This document shows positions 38,780 to 51,867 of a DNA stretch of 64,000 bases, piece by piece (the stretch's first letter is position 1; each line of letters opens with the position of its first letter). A program made the position numbers and the translations under genes. Location of the stretch: positions 15,004,001-15,068,000 of the forward strand of contig OZ059894.1 in the NCBI GenBank assembly GCA_964057225.1, in the 5' to 3' direction. The DNA is from Auanema rhodensis. Lineage: Eukaryota; Animalia; Nematoda. Under the pieces are notes generated by a model, which saw nothing but the letters and a program-made list of their open reading frames with translations, searched no databases and was not told where the DNA came from.

Positions 38780-41458
38780 AAAAATATTTCTTTTATTTTC
38801 TGTTATATTTTACTTTTTAGCAAAATTATTGTTTTTTTTTGTTTAAATAATAATAATAATTTCTACAATATACTTTTTTTTCTATTTTTGTAGCTTCGAT
38901 GACGATATATTGAAAGAACGTTTAGCAAAATATATTATCTTTTTTTTTTGTATCAATTCTATGCTCAGATTTTGGTTTAAAATATAATTTTACACATTTT
39001 TTTGTAGTTTTCAAATTAAAAATATATGCAAAAGTTTAGAAAAATCGAAATGTTTTTGTTTTTTAGAAAATAAATATTTTTATCATATGTTTTATTAAGT
39101 AAATTGATTTGTTAAACTTAGTATTATCTCATGAAAGATATGAAAACTGGGTGTATGCAGGGTGAAGCCTTAGAAGAAGGGCTGGACAGAGAAGCCTTTT
39201 TAAGGTTATGGTAGGCCTTATAAGCAAGATCTCTGAATGTATTTCATTTATTATATTCTTCTGTTCTATTTTAGAATTGTCTCGTACTGTCCATAAATTG
39301 TACACAAAAATCTCTGATATAACGATTTTGTATACCATTTATGGAAAGAACGATGATAATTAATATTATTTTTATTAAAATATAATTTATTTACTATATA
39401 GAGATTCTATAAAAGCTCAGCTTCAATTGTTATCAAAGGTATGCAAGCACTTCTTCTTTTTTTTTAAAAATCAGTCAAATATAGAAAAGAATACTAAGAA
39501 AAAGAAAAGTAGGAACAACATAATAGCTAATAAAGATGAAATGATTGCCTATTCTCTACTAAGCAGAAGGAGGTGCAATTATCAAAGATATACCGCTATG
39601 CTCCAACAAATGTTCGGAAAGATGTTATGCTGTCGGCTCTATTCCAGTATGGTATTGTATGTTCTCGACCATAGATGTTTTCCATTATCTTGTATAAATA
39701 TGTACAGATCTGTATATACATACATACATATCTACTTCACCCACTCAGCCACAATAAAATTCTTTTTTTTCTCCACTTTCTTAGACGAGTTGATAAATAA
39801 CAATATTTACTTTGAGTATTAAACCGAAAACCAACTTCTAACAGCATATGTTGTAAATAAACTATATATAAAGTAGAAAACTTATAAAAATTACTTTAGA
39901 AATAGGTACAAATAAACTTTATCACAAGCTGCAATTCGTTTGTTGCTGTAGATCAAGAGATCAGAAACCGTGAATACTGATGCATACAACGAACATATCT
40001 CCTACAGCAGAATAATTCAGCAGTTCCATGCCTACCTCGTCGTCTCGAAGCTTCATTCAAGAAAAGAATAATAATCATATAATATTTCTTAATAATAATG
40101 ACAGGTTAAAACAGGTAAAGCTATTTACTTTCCATACATCACTTATCATCATATTTGATTCTTACATTCGTTCTTTACTTTCTTTGCTTTAACCCATATT
40201 TTAAAAATCTATTCATGAATACACGTGCAAACTTCTGTTATATATTATACAATTGAGTTCATTTATTAATAGTTAAAAGTACAAAATTAAAGAAAAAAAT
40301 TTTGTTGCAAACTTTTAAAGAAATTTATCTATATTGACATAGCCTTATATAAATTTACTAGCATGATATTTCAAAAAAACGTATCAATTGAGCAAAAAGT
40401 TTGCTTATAGTATTCTGAAGACTATTATAGAACAGTTGCTACTATATTTGGCTCCGAAAAAAAAAATGTTCTTTGGATCATCCATATCAACTTCTACAAG
40501 CAATGTCATCCGTCGCACGCTGTGAGAGCAAGAGTGCGGAAGGGGGTCGTGATTTTTCGAGAGAGTAGCCTATTATGAATAGAATTTTCTTCCATTCACG
40601 AATCATTTTCAATAGTATCGTGTCTTAAGTTTAATCTAAGCTAACAACATATGAGCTAAAAAGTAATCATAAGTAGATAATTGAAAAGAACGAATAAAAG
40701 TTGGAGAGTATACGTAACTATACAAGTGTGCTATCCCTTCCCCTCCCCCCCTAATACAGTTAACAGATCTCTAAGTTTGCAATGTTTAAAATGCTCTCTA
40801 AACTTCCTATTGATGTAATTGGATAACAAAAAAAACGTATAATTTTTAAAAGTTTTGTTTAATTTCTCAAATATTTGTTCAAATTTTTTTGATCATATAT
40901 AAGAAAATTTTTTATGTAGTTATCTTGCAGTTTCATAATCGAACTTGAATATTCCATTTTATCCTTTATATCGTTCCAAAAATTATTAATCTAATGTGGC
41001 CTAAACCTGCAATTTTAAGTAAAAGAACTTCGAGTGAAGATTCAGAGCTGGTGAGTGATGTTTTCTAACATTTCATACAATTCATTTCTCAATTCATCTC
41101 GAATGTTAGAAAAAAAAACTTTCGTTCGTCTCACTTAGAGGTAAATCCAGACAGCCAGGCACATATTTTTATGTTTTTCCCTAATAGGAACAGTTTAGTG
41201 CATAGTGGCGCACAAGAACAAGACATAAATTTTCAATAAATGATAAATTATTTTTATCTTGTTTCTCCAAAAATACTTGCTTTTTGAGACATTTGTCAAT
41301 CCTTCTCGGGACACTTTCGCCTTATTCAGAATAGGGTAATAGAGAACATAATCGAAACATTCGACTACTTCCAAGTACTCTATTCTTATTTCCAAGCTGT
41401 TTCCAAGGCACCTTCAACTCTTTTATTTTTTTGAACAGCTCTAGCTGATTCAAATATC

Positions 41459-42985
41459 ATGTCTGTCTCGCCTATAAATAAATCGGCATCAGCTGAAATT
41501 GTTGAGCCTGGTCGTCATAAAAGCTTTTCCTTTAATGTATGAATTTGAAAATTAATTAAAATTTAATAATAGATATTCTATTTTTAAAAATAAAAGTAAT
41601 AAATACACTTGTAAGTGTTGAAATATTCTAATTTTATACTTATACTTGTAATAGTTTAACTAATATTTTCAATTTAGGGTGCTCCATCTTTAACTAATTC
41701 GGATGACTATGTTCCGTATTCAATTCTCAGTCGTGCTGTATCAGAATTTTTCTGTGTTGTAATTTTTGTTTTTTGTGGTAAGTTTTCAATGAATAGCAGG
41801 TAGTACATGATTATGAATTGTTTTAAGGTTCTATGCAAGCTCAAGGAGCTGAAGTCGATGGTGTATTACATGGCTCACTTACTCATGGATTCACCTTATT
41901 TTTACTTTGTACTACATTTGGTGGAATCAGGTATGTATTAATAAATAAAGTTATAACTTATTAAGTTTCAAATATAATTTAGTGGAGCTCACGTGAATCC
42001 AGCTGTAACTTTAGGAATCACCGCTGTTGGAAAGTTGCCATTTATTGAATGCGTTGTATACATTCTAAGCCAACTACTTGGCTCTTTTGTTGGTGCAATG
42101 CTCACGAGGGTTAGTACTTACATCATAGTTCAAAACTGAAAATATTAAAATATTATGATTAAAATTTATTTTTAAAAAGTTATTTAATCGAATATATTTT
42201 TTATAATTAAAGGCTGTTTGTTCCTACGGTAGTTACGTAGCAATTCAAGGAGGAGCAACAATACTTACAGACGGTCATCACTGGTATCAGGTAAATTATA
42301 TTGAAACAGATGTTTATAAGATGAAACTTTAATCCAAAAAAAAATTATTATTGTCGGAATGTTTGATCTATTGTTTTCGAATACAAAGCAATGAATAGAT
42401 CTTACATAATGACAATGTTGTCGGAATCTTTCATTATAAGTATACTTAGCTAATGGCATAATTTACAAATATATACTAAATGCTATATCATATAGCTATA
42501 ATTATATTTTTTAATTAAAAGTAATAATTTATATTCTAGGGCTTACTTGCTGAGATGTTTGCAACATTTCTATTAACTTTGGTTGTTTTAATAACTGCTG
42601 TTGACAAGTCTGACAACCTATTGGCTCCTTTAGCTATAGGACTTACCTTAGCAGCTGATGTACTAGCAATGTATGTATGAATATTATTAAATATTTAAAA
42701 TTAGATTAAGAAAATTTATAAAATAATTCATTCAGTGGAAACATTACTGGAGGATCCATGAATCCTGCACGATCCTTTGGACCAAATGTAGTTTCTAGCA
42801 TATTCATCAAGGGAGCTGATTTGTCTTCGCGATTATGGCCTTATCATTGGATTTACTATATAGGACCAGTTATAGGATCATCTATAGCTTCGACTATATA
42901 TAAGTATATCATATAGTTACTGTATTTCTTTGATTATACATATTTCAGACTATTTTTTGCTCGCGTAACTCGTTTATTGGATTGA
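41459..42985 (+). CDS. aqp-6: Aquaporin (AQP8-like), most similar to C. elegans AQP-6
   Basis: [67 protein letters not shown]. Confidence 0.85.
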
Positions 42986-43309
42986 ACTGTATCGTTATTG
43001 AATGGGAAAGCCTTAAAAAATATATATTTTATCATTAGAGCTCTGAAAAATCTAATATACTTTCTCAGTTTCTTGCCCAGTATTAAACAATATAAATATT
43101 TTGTTTGATTATATACTATTGTATACTGAAATACTAATAATTAGTATATGTTTTGTATACATTTTTATAAAATAAAAAATATAAATTGTATATAATTAAC
43201 TCAACAAATAATTATTTCAACTATATCATATGTAAGGAACGATAATGGTTTTTATAATTGACATTTAACTTTCTTTGTTGGCTTATACCACATTAAAACC
43301 CATCATAGC

Positions 43310-45728
43310 TTATCTTATAAATCGTTGACCTCGGGATTCAAATAGTCTAAAAGTCAATGCTTCTAAAATTAAAACTCAAAGTTCAGTTTTACCTGAACCA
43401 CAAAGCTGCAATGCTTGCTCCAAGGAAAGGTCCTATCCAATAGATGTAATGATTTTTCCAGAGTATAGAGGAGATTTTTGGAACGCACAGGGATCCAGCA
43501 ACATTAGGTCCAAAAGATCTAGCTGGATTCATGGATGCTCCAGTGATTTTACCTCTAAAATAAGATTCGTTTTTCTTTTTTTTTTTAATTTTTTTGACCA
43601 ATCAAACCGCCTCAAAAGTAAAAAAAAAAGAAAAAAAAAAAGCTCACACAGCAAGAATATCAATAGTCAATGTCATTCCGATAGCTAACGGGGCCAGGAG
43701 ATTCTTATTCGTATCCACAGCAGTTATTAGGATCGTATGAACAAGGAAATATGAGACAACTGTCTCCGAAAGAAGTCCCTAAGAAGCACAAATAAAGTTT
43801 TTAACTACTTTAAATAATTTTTAAAAGTACCTGCCACCAGTAATTGTCCACATTAAGCAGTGTTGCTCCAGCATATGTTTTCGTATATTCAGGCTCAGTC
43901 ATAATAGCCTGGAATAAGAAATCTCTTTTTGATCAAAAAATATAAAAAAAAAGAAAAATAAACAAAACTAACAGAGGAAAACAAAGGAAACTCGAGGGCT
44001 TTTACTCTTTCGGCTTTATGATTTATGAACCAGCAGTGCTGGTGCCCGATCTCAAACTGACCTTCAAAATCAAACAAACAAAATTTATGTTTACAAAATA
44101 TTGGATGAATCAAGCTTGTATTCACTTAGTTTTAACCACTTATGTGTCTTAATTTTGATTTTGTGGGATAGTGTAAAAGCCCCAAAGCTAACACTCATAC
44201 AAGACACAAAACTTTCTAACTTTGACGGTTCGATTAAAGCCTGCAGGGGATTTTATCCTATAATTGGTACCATTTTCATCCATGAACGAAGGATCAACTG
44301 AGTCAGTGCTATGTTTTGCTGTACCGTACTCATTCAAAGCCTAGAATTTAAGTTGACAAAGGTACATAGTATGGGGACAAATGGACATATTGGATACTTA
44401 ATCACAACAAAGACATTTTAGAGGAGAAAGTGGAAAAAATATTGAAAAAAAAGAATTTCAGATACGTACAGCCGTCATAAAAGCTCCACATATACCGCCA
44501 ATAATTTGTGAAGCTACATAGAAAGGTAAGTTAACAGGTGACAACTTCCCAACTATAGTAATTGCCCATGATACTGCTGGATTGAAATGTCCGCCACTAA
44601 ATTATTATTATACTTATACTTATAATTAATATTCATGTTATAAATAATTATTATTTACTATTTTTATAAAAAGATGAAAGATCATTTTCTTTATTTCTTA
44701 TTTTTAATAAAAATTTATGAATTTTTCTTAATCAATTAATGAAATTTCAGAAGTATATGTATATGGAATTACAACACCTTAACCGACTGACTCTTCTCTC
44801 TGAAAGGTCAAAAGAGCAAACTAAAAGCAACTTAGCTTCATATTTGTTTTAATCAATAACTCAAATTGAAAGAATTAAATAATATAATTCGAAAGTAATA
44901 GTCATTTTTCATATTTTCTAGATGATAAAGTCTTTAAATTTGTTAAATCGCTTAGTTTCTTATCAGATATTCTAAAATCAGCAAAAAAACTTCAATCCTG
45001 CTGTGGAATGTATTAAATAGAGCAGTAGCTTCTGTTGAAACAAGGTTTTTATCAGATTAGTGTCAATCGTTATAAGTATAAGGTGATTTTAATGCTCAAT
45101 AATCTTCTAACGATGACAATTCAATACATGAAAGAATACACAAAAATCATTTTGTCATCTTAATTCAAATTATTATGTTTTTAAGATTCTTAAGAATGTA
45201 CTAAGATCATTCATAAAACCATCCTACTATTTATCAATTGATCAAACTGTATACCTTATATGACCAAGTGATGTGACAAGAATAAAAATTGTCAAACCAT
45301 GAGCAAAAGCAGCGTGTAAAATGTTATCAGCGGCAAATTGAGTAACATACGCTTGACTTGTTCCTAATCAAATAATTAGTTAGTTAAATATATGAATATA
45401 TATATATATATATTTAAATATAATTCACAATCCTTACCTACAAAAACAAAAGTAAAAACTCCGACGAATTCAGCAAGACATTTTGCAAACAAGCTGTATT
45501 CTCGGCTTGATTCTTCACTTGCTGTTGATAAACCATCATCGCTTCTAGGTGCTCCCCATCGATTTCTGATATTGATTCCCTGAAAACATTTTGAACTCAT
45601 TATGATCTTGCAATAGAACAATGTCTGTTGATGTTCAACAAAGGTGTTCTGAAAATTGAATTTTCAGAGGAGAGACTTACTTGGTTCCAGAAATCGGTTG
45701 AGGGCGCCTGTGATTGTTGACTGGTCAT
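43310..45728 (-). CDS. aqp-4: Aquaporin (AQP8-like), orthologue of C. elegans AQP-4
   Basis: [91 protein letters not shown]. Confidence 0.9.
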
Positions 45729-47596
45729 ATTAAGCAACTTCTGAATCTTCTCTTTTACATTTTTAAAATATTCAGTAGGCCACATATAGAACGAAGACTA
45801 CGAAGTAGAGAAGCGAATCACATGAGGGAAATGCTCATAAAGATTTGAAATTCAATACTCAGGAAGATACCAGAAGCGAACGCGAATTTTTGACTTTCAA
45901 TTTGCATTGGATAGAAGGTGAGGACAAATGCAATAAAAGTCGAAAATGATTTTTAGAAAAAACTTTTTTTCTTTTTTATGATTGACAGAGATGAAAATTG
46001 TATTATTTTTGCTAATCATTAAAGGAAATATCAAAGAAAACATAGTAAAATATCATAAACGTAGATGAAAACGTTAAAAAAAAACTTTTATATAGTTATC
46101 TATCTCCTTATAAATACAATTATATATCACTAAAAAAGATGACAAGAGGTAAGAAAAAATTGGAAAATAGTGTTTCATATTTGACTGAAAGATTACAAAC
46201 GTTTATGATGATTATTCGTTGCTAAAAGTTGATTAATAAATTGGAAAAGTTTAACCGTAAATGAATCATTTTGTGATCCTCACGATAAAAATGTTATATT
46301 GAAACTGAAATCTAAGGAAATGAAACTGTAAAGTTTTAATGATAACAGAAACAAAGGCTAAAATATGTGTACATATACGTATACATCGTGTGTCAAATAA
46401 TAGAAATAAAAGGGTGGTCCTTGATCTTGAACATTATAAGATTTTAATAGGTAAAATAGACATAATACTCAAATTATTATTATATTATAATAATATAATT
46501 TTAATTTGTTATCAATTCTTTTTAATAATATTGAATATACACACCTACATACATATATGTATATATTAATGATAAAAGTCAAAAAAAAAAGAAAAAAAAG
46601 ATATTGACCAGTTGAAAAGATGTAAGAGAAATATGTATAATCATTGCTAATGTAATATAATACAAAACTATGTATATTTATTTAAGTTTTAAGTTCACAG
46701 CCATACTGGCCAGTATTCTTTTAACTTATATGTATATGATTAAAGCTATAAACAATTTCAAAACAATTTAAATAACAAGAACAATTTGAAAAATGAGCGA
46801 AAATATGAATGAATCTTATCTCATTTCAATTTATTTCTAGCTACATATACGGTTGTAAAACTTCAAATTTCGTTCTTTATCCAATTTTTCCAGCAGTACT
46901 GTTATCTTTTATAAAAAGTCTTTAGATCGTTTTCAATGTTTAATGATTTTAATAAGACATATTTGAAATGTCCTGATTATAAACTTATCAACAACCAATT
47001 TTACATATTAAATCTTCTGCTTTATTGCTTTCTCTTGAAACTGCCTTTTTTTCTTTTTCTATTCTATCTTGCCTTTTATTCTTTTGCACTTCATCTTCAC
47101 TTGAACCATAGCATGATGGGTGAAACTAGATTTTGAGGCTTTTCCCTCTTCTCGTTCTCTTCATCTCTCCCCGCGTTTCTTACAATTGTGGAAATACTGC
47201 ATTACAATACTGATGCCAGCGTCATCATCAACTGGCTTCTACTTGTTTCCCTTTCTGCCTTTCGTCCTTGCGGCTGGATTCATTCAGTCCTAACTGAGGC
47301 AACTGTATCGCACTTGTTGTCTATCTATTCTGATTGCCTATATAGTATCAGAAGTATATTAACTATATACGTATAGCTATATGAACTTTCAAAGTTATTA
47401 GCATCATCAGATTTGTTAGATATGTTTCTGGATATTCAATATATTACATATCTAATTATATTTTTATCTATTCAACAGGCGCAGACAGGTGTGAAAACAG
47501 TATTTTTTTTCTTATCATTTAGATATAATTTGGATAATTTATGGCTCATTGTTGTCATTTTTTTTTCAAATAATTTTAGCGTTGAATAATTGCCCC

Positions 47597-48202
47597 ATGA
47601 ATCATGTTCGTAACATTGTGCTTCGAGCCACCCAGCAGACAAAAGACCCAGCTATTCAAATGCAGGTAAACCGTACATCCATTGAAAAATTTCCAATTTA
47701 AACCTCTTAATTCATTTACATATTATATGAATTTTTAATCTAACTATTATATTTTTTATATGATACGCCGAATAATTGAAGATATTTACGGTGGTACATG
47801 GGGTGTTCTGATAATTCGAAATCCAGATTTAGTCTCACATGGTATTTTTCAAAAAAAAAAGACAAAATAACATAATAATCATTAATTATGTTCAGATGTT
47901 CATTGGACAATACCCGATCATACAAATCCGGATGGATCTCCAGCTTTTTGCCTAACTGTTGTTAATAAATGGCAATATAATATATTCAAAACAGGATCAA
48001 AAGATTCAGCTGATAGAGTATCAGTTCTAGACGTTGTTCATAGGTAATTATAATTTTCATGGAATATAATCAATATAATTTCTACCAAAGAATTAGACAA
48101 GCAGATGAGAAACAACATCCCGTACGTCTAACTGTCGAAGAATTTGATCAACAATTAGTGAAAGCCATTGAATTAGAACGATCTCGACGATCACGGGGAT
48201 AG
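47597..48202 (+). CDS. Putative small orphan protein (5' end uncertain)
   Basis: Last two exons splice in frame: VHWTIPDHTNPDGSPAFCLTVVNKWQYNIFKTGSKDSADRVSVLDVVHR|QADEKQHPVRLTVEEFDQQLVKAIELERSRRSRG*, AATAAA near 48269. The first exon MNHVRNIVLRATQQ... joins only via a weak donor. Confidence 0.4.
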
Positions 48203-48304
48203 AAAAACCTTTTCGCTTTCTTTTTTTTTCCATATAAAAATCCTTGTATGTACAAATATATGCGTATTAATAAATGAAATAAAACTGATTTAAATTGATA
48301 AAAA

Positions 48305-51300
48305 CTATTTTTTGACCGTTGAACTTCGACGTTTTGTCATCATGGTGATATTATTATTCTCATCCGTGAATGGGGTTGGCGTTGAATTCATAGCAACTTC
48401 TTCAGAATCAAATCGCGTTGGTGGCCCATTCATAAATGCAACTTTAGGCATACATTGAGTTGGTTTATCTTTCTAAAATAAAAAATATGATATAGTTAAT
48501 GAGATATTATGTAACATACAGCATCAAATTCAGTTCGAAACACCGTCTTATAATGACACTCTTTACTTGATCTGTATCGTTGAAAAGCTTTAAAAAGTAT
48601 TCGCTAAAACAATAATATATATATATATATAATTAACTAGTCATTTATAAAATTATTACTCTATATGCTGTATGTTCAAAGTCACATTCCTCTGATGATG
48701 GTTGAACAATAGTCGAATCCACTAAGAAGTCCTTAATACAATTTAAATTTTTGAAAAATCTAATGAATGCTATAAACTTACTGGCCATGATTTTGTATAT
48801 TTTTTATCAGCTAATCTTATTATTATTTCTTTAGCTATAAAAAGAAGATTAAACGGAGGCGGAACAGCAGAAGTCCAGTGGATATATTCAGAATAAATTA
48901 CAACTCTAATATATTTGAACTCCATTTCTTCATTATCCTACAAATTATATTTTCAGCTATTATTGAAAATCTTATGAATCTAACCAAGACTTCATCAGCT
49001 TTTTTAACTAATAAGGATATCATCAAGTTTAATAATGTAATTATTACAACTACATGATAAATTGCCATTAATGTCTTCAAATAATTTATAAATTTAAGAT
49101 TTAAAAATAAGAAAAAACGTTTTGAAATAATTCCAACCTCAATAGCTAAGCTATTAAAAACATGTGTAGATGGTTCTATATTATCTCCAGTATTTCCGAC
49201 AACAATTTGGTATAATTGTGGATCTAAGTATCCATAAAATGACCAATATAGATTTCTATATGATGATAGAATACTAAATTGAAATTAATTAATAAAATTT
49301 TGAATATATATATTTCTTGCTCTGTGAAATGAGATCCCATTCCTTTTACAGTTCCACTACTACTTTCTGTATTGGAAAGATATGGTTGAACGATAACGTT
49401 AATTCCAACAGCAAACGATAGCATTATAACAGCCATGATAACAAGATAGTTATAAACAGTTGATACACATTTTCCAACGGATATCTATAAGCTTTAAATT
49501 ATTTTCAAATTACTTTACATGAAACAATCATACAATACTACCACCTAATCCTTTACGTAATTGAAAATAGTAGAATACTTTCCATATAGCTAAGACACAT
49601 CCAGTTCCAAAATATATTTCATATAATAAATGTTCATTATACCAAACCTAAAGATAAGTTTTAAAAAAAGAAAGATAATTCTGGCAAGTGTATATACCCA
49701 ATGTCGTCTATGGGTTTCATATAGTTCACGATCAGTAATGAAAATATTTGTTATCCACAGATGTATAGCTAGGAGAAATACACCAATTAACAGAAAATCA
49801 AACCTTTAAACAAAATTATTATAAATCAGTTAATTATATAAATGATACCATCTCCACCAAAAGCGAAAATAATTTCTTAATCCATGTCTTGAAAATAGAA
49901 TATAACGTTCCACTAACATTCCAGAAATATAAAGAAATATATATATTTCCAATGTTGTACTTAAACCTAATAAATTATATCATATAATACAAATATTTTA
50001 AAAGGTTCATTGAAAAACCTGAGATAAACGAATTCCGACCGACGTTAGAATTCGTTCTCAAAAACCTCACAGTTATAATGCAGAAAATAAAACCAAAATA
50101 AGAAGAGAGATTACTAATAAATCTTAAAAAAAAAAGAAGAAATTCTCAATAAAATAAACAAAAAATTGTTTACCTTGCTAAAGGAACTTCAAATGATTTG
50201 ATTAGAGATCCATTACTAAATATATATATCAATGCTAATATAGGATAGCATATGAAATGACGAAAGTTTCGATACAAATCACGTTTAGGACATGAGCCAT
50301 AACTTCCCCAGCCTATGAAAATTAATTTTTAAATTTCTTTAAAAGGAATTAATATCTTACCTCTCCACCAAATTTCTTCCATAGCTCTTTGAACATTTGT
50401 ACTTGAGATCATTTCTCGCATTTCAGAATCTAAAGCCATTTGAACTCTGGGATATGGATCTTCACACACAAGTAAAGAACTATAGTCTCTCTAAATAATC
50501 TGATAAAATATAATATATTTGACCAATGTACTTACGTGACATAAAAATAAATCAAGTTCGTGTTCAGACCAAGCTTGATCAACAAGTCTAGCTGCAAATC
50601 GTTGAACATTTTGCAACAGACTACGGTACCAATCCTAAATGATTTCATTTACATTGTATTTATTATTATTGAAAAAGTTTTTTTTACCATATATTCTAAG
50701 TTATCATCACGAATAAATTGTTGTAAGTCACTTGCCAAAGAGCAAGCTGCAGCAAACGGATCGTCGGTAGCTAACCAAAGAAATGCTTCAGAACTTAGCC
50801 CTCTGAGAATATCGACCTAAAATTAAAGTTTGTTCGAAAAACAAAGAATGAAATGCTCTTAGACCTTTTGCATCGAAGCTAAAGCTGCATGAGGCATTCG
50901 AAGGCAATATCCACAACCACCTGATCAGTTTAAAGAAAAAATGGGAGAACACTAAGCTATACTTACAGTTCTTATGATGAGGAGGACTGATAGTGTGTCC
51001 TCGTAGTAATAAGCATTCAACAATGGCAAAATTATTCATAATACAAGCAAGAAGTAGAGGAGTCATGTGCGGTGGAAAAGCACTTGATTCCGTACAAGCT
51101 GTCATATAGTTAGTATAATTAAAATATTGTCTAAAAGAAAGTAAGGTTACCCGTTCTTTCACTGTATGCGAAATCATCGAAAAGGCAAAGAATGAACTCA
51201 GTCAATGGTCTACTTCCTATGCAAATAGCACATAATAATGCTTCCTTTAATGCTTCTGCTGATCTGGTCAGAATCAAATCAGCTATATGGAGAATTTGAG

Positions 51301-51867
51301 CTTCCTAAGAAAAACACTTATCACTTTAAATTAATTAGAATCTCACAGTCCCAGCTGCTCCTAAACTTTCTAAAGTTTCAACAATTAAATTCAAATTTCC
51401 GACTTTCACTGCTTCTCGAAACTGTTGCATCATAACAAGAGTCTAAATAAAACAATAAAATATCAAGTTTAGATAAGATATTCATATTCATTGCCCTACT
51501 TTACGTGAAGTGGGATCCCACTGTAAATGTCCATCATATCCTTCTTCTTTTTCGGCCTAAATATGACAAAATGAGGTGATGTTACTAATAATTACAATAA
51601 TAAGAAATATTATGCTAATTGTGTAAAAAAACTTACATATATACTTTCCGGTAAACGATATCTCCCTAATACTCGAGTTCGCACAAGCTGCTTACAAGCC
51701 CGTGGAATCCTAGTTATAAAAATTATAATTAGTACATAATAAATATAAATTATAATAAGAATTAAAATAAAAATAAAAATTACATTTACAAAACAACTTC
51801 GATGCTTCAGATTTGTATGACTGAATGACGCTAGTAAACACGTAACGTGAAAATTCAAGTATGCCAT
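48305..51867 (-). CDS. Divergent TRPC-type cation channel (SPE-41/TRP-3-like); 5' end uncertain
   Basis: Ankyrin-like ALLCAI and FPPHMTPLLLAC..NNFAIVECLL, TRP_2 motif PHHKNCGCGYC, LSSEAFL..DDPFAAACSLA, TM segments, pore RNLYWSFYGYLDP, LLNLMISLL, TRP box EMEFKYIR, AVPPPFNLL. Confidence 0.88.
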
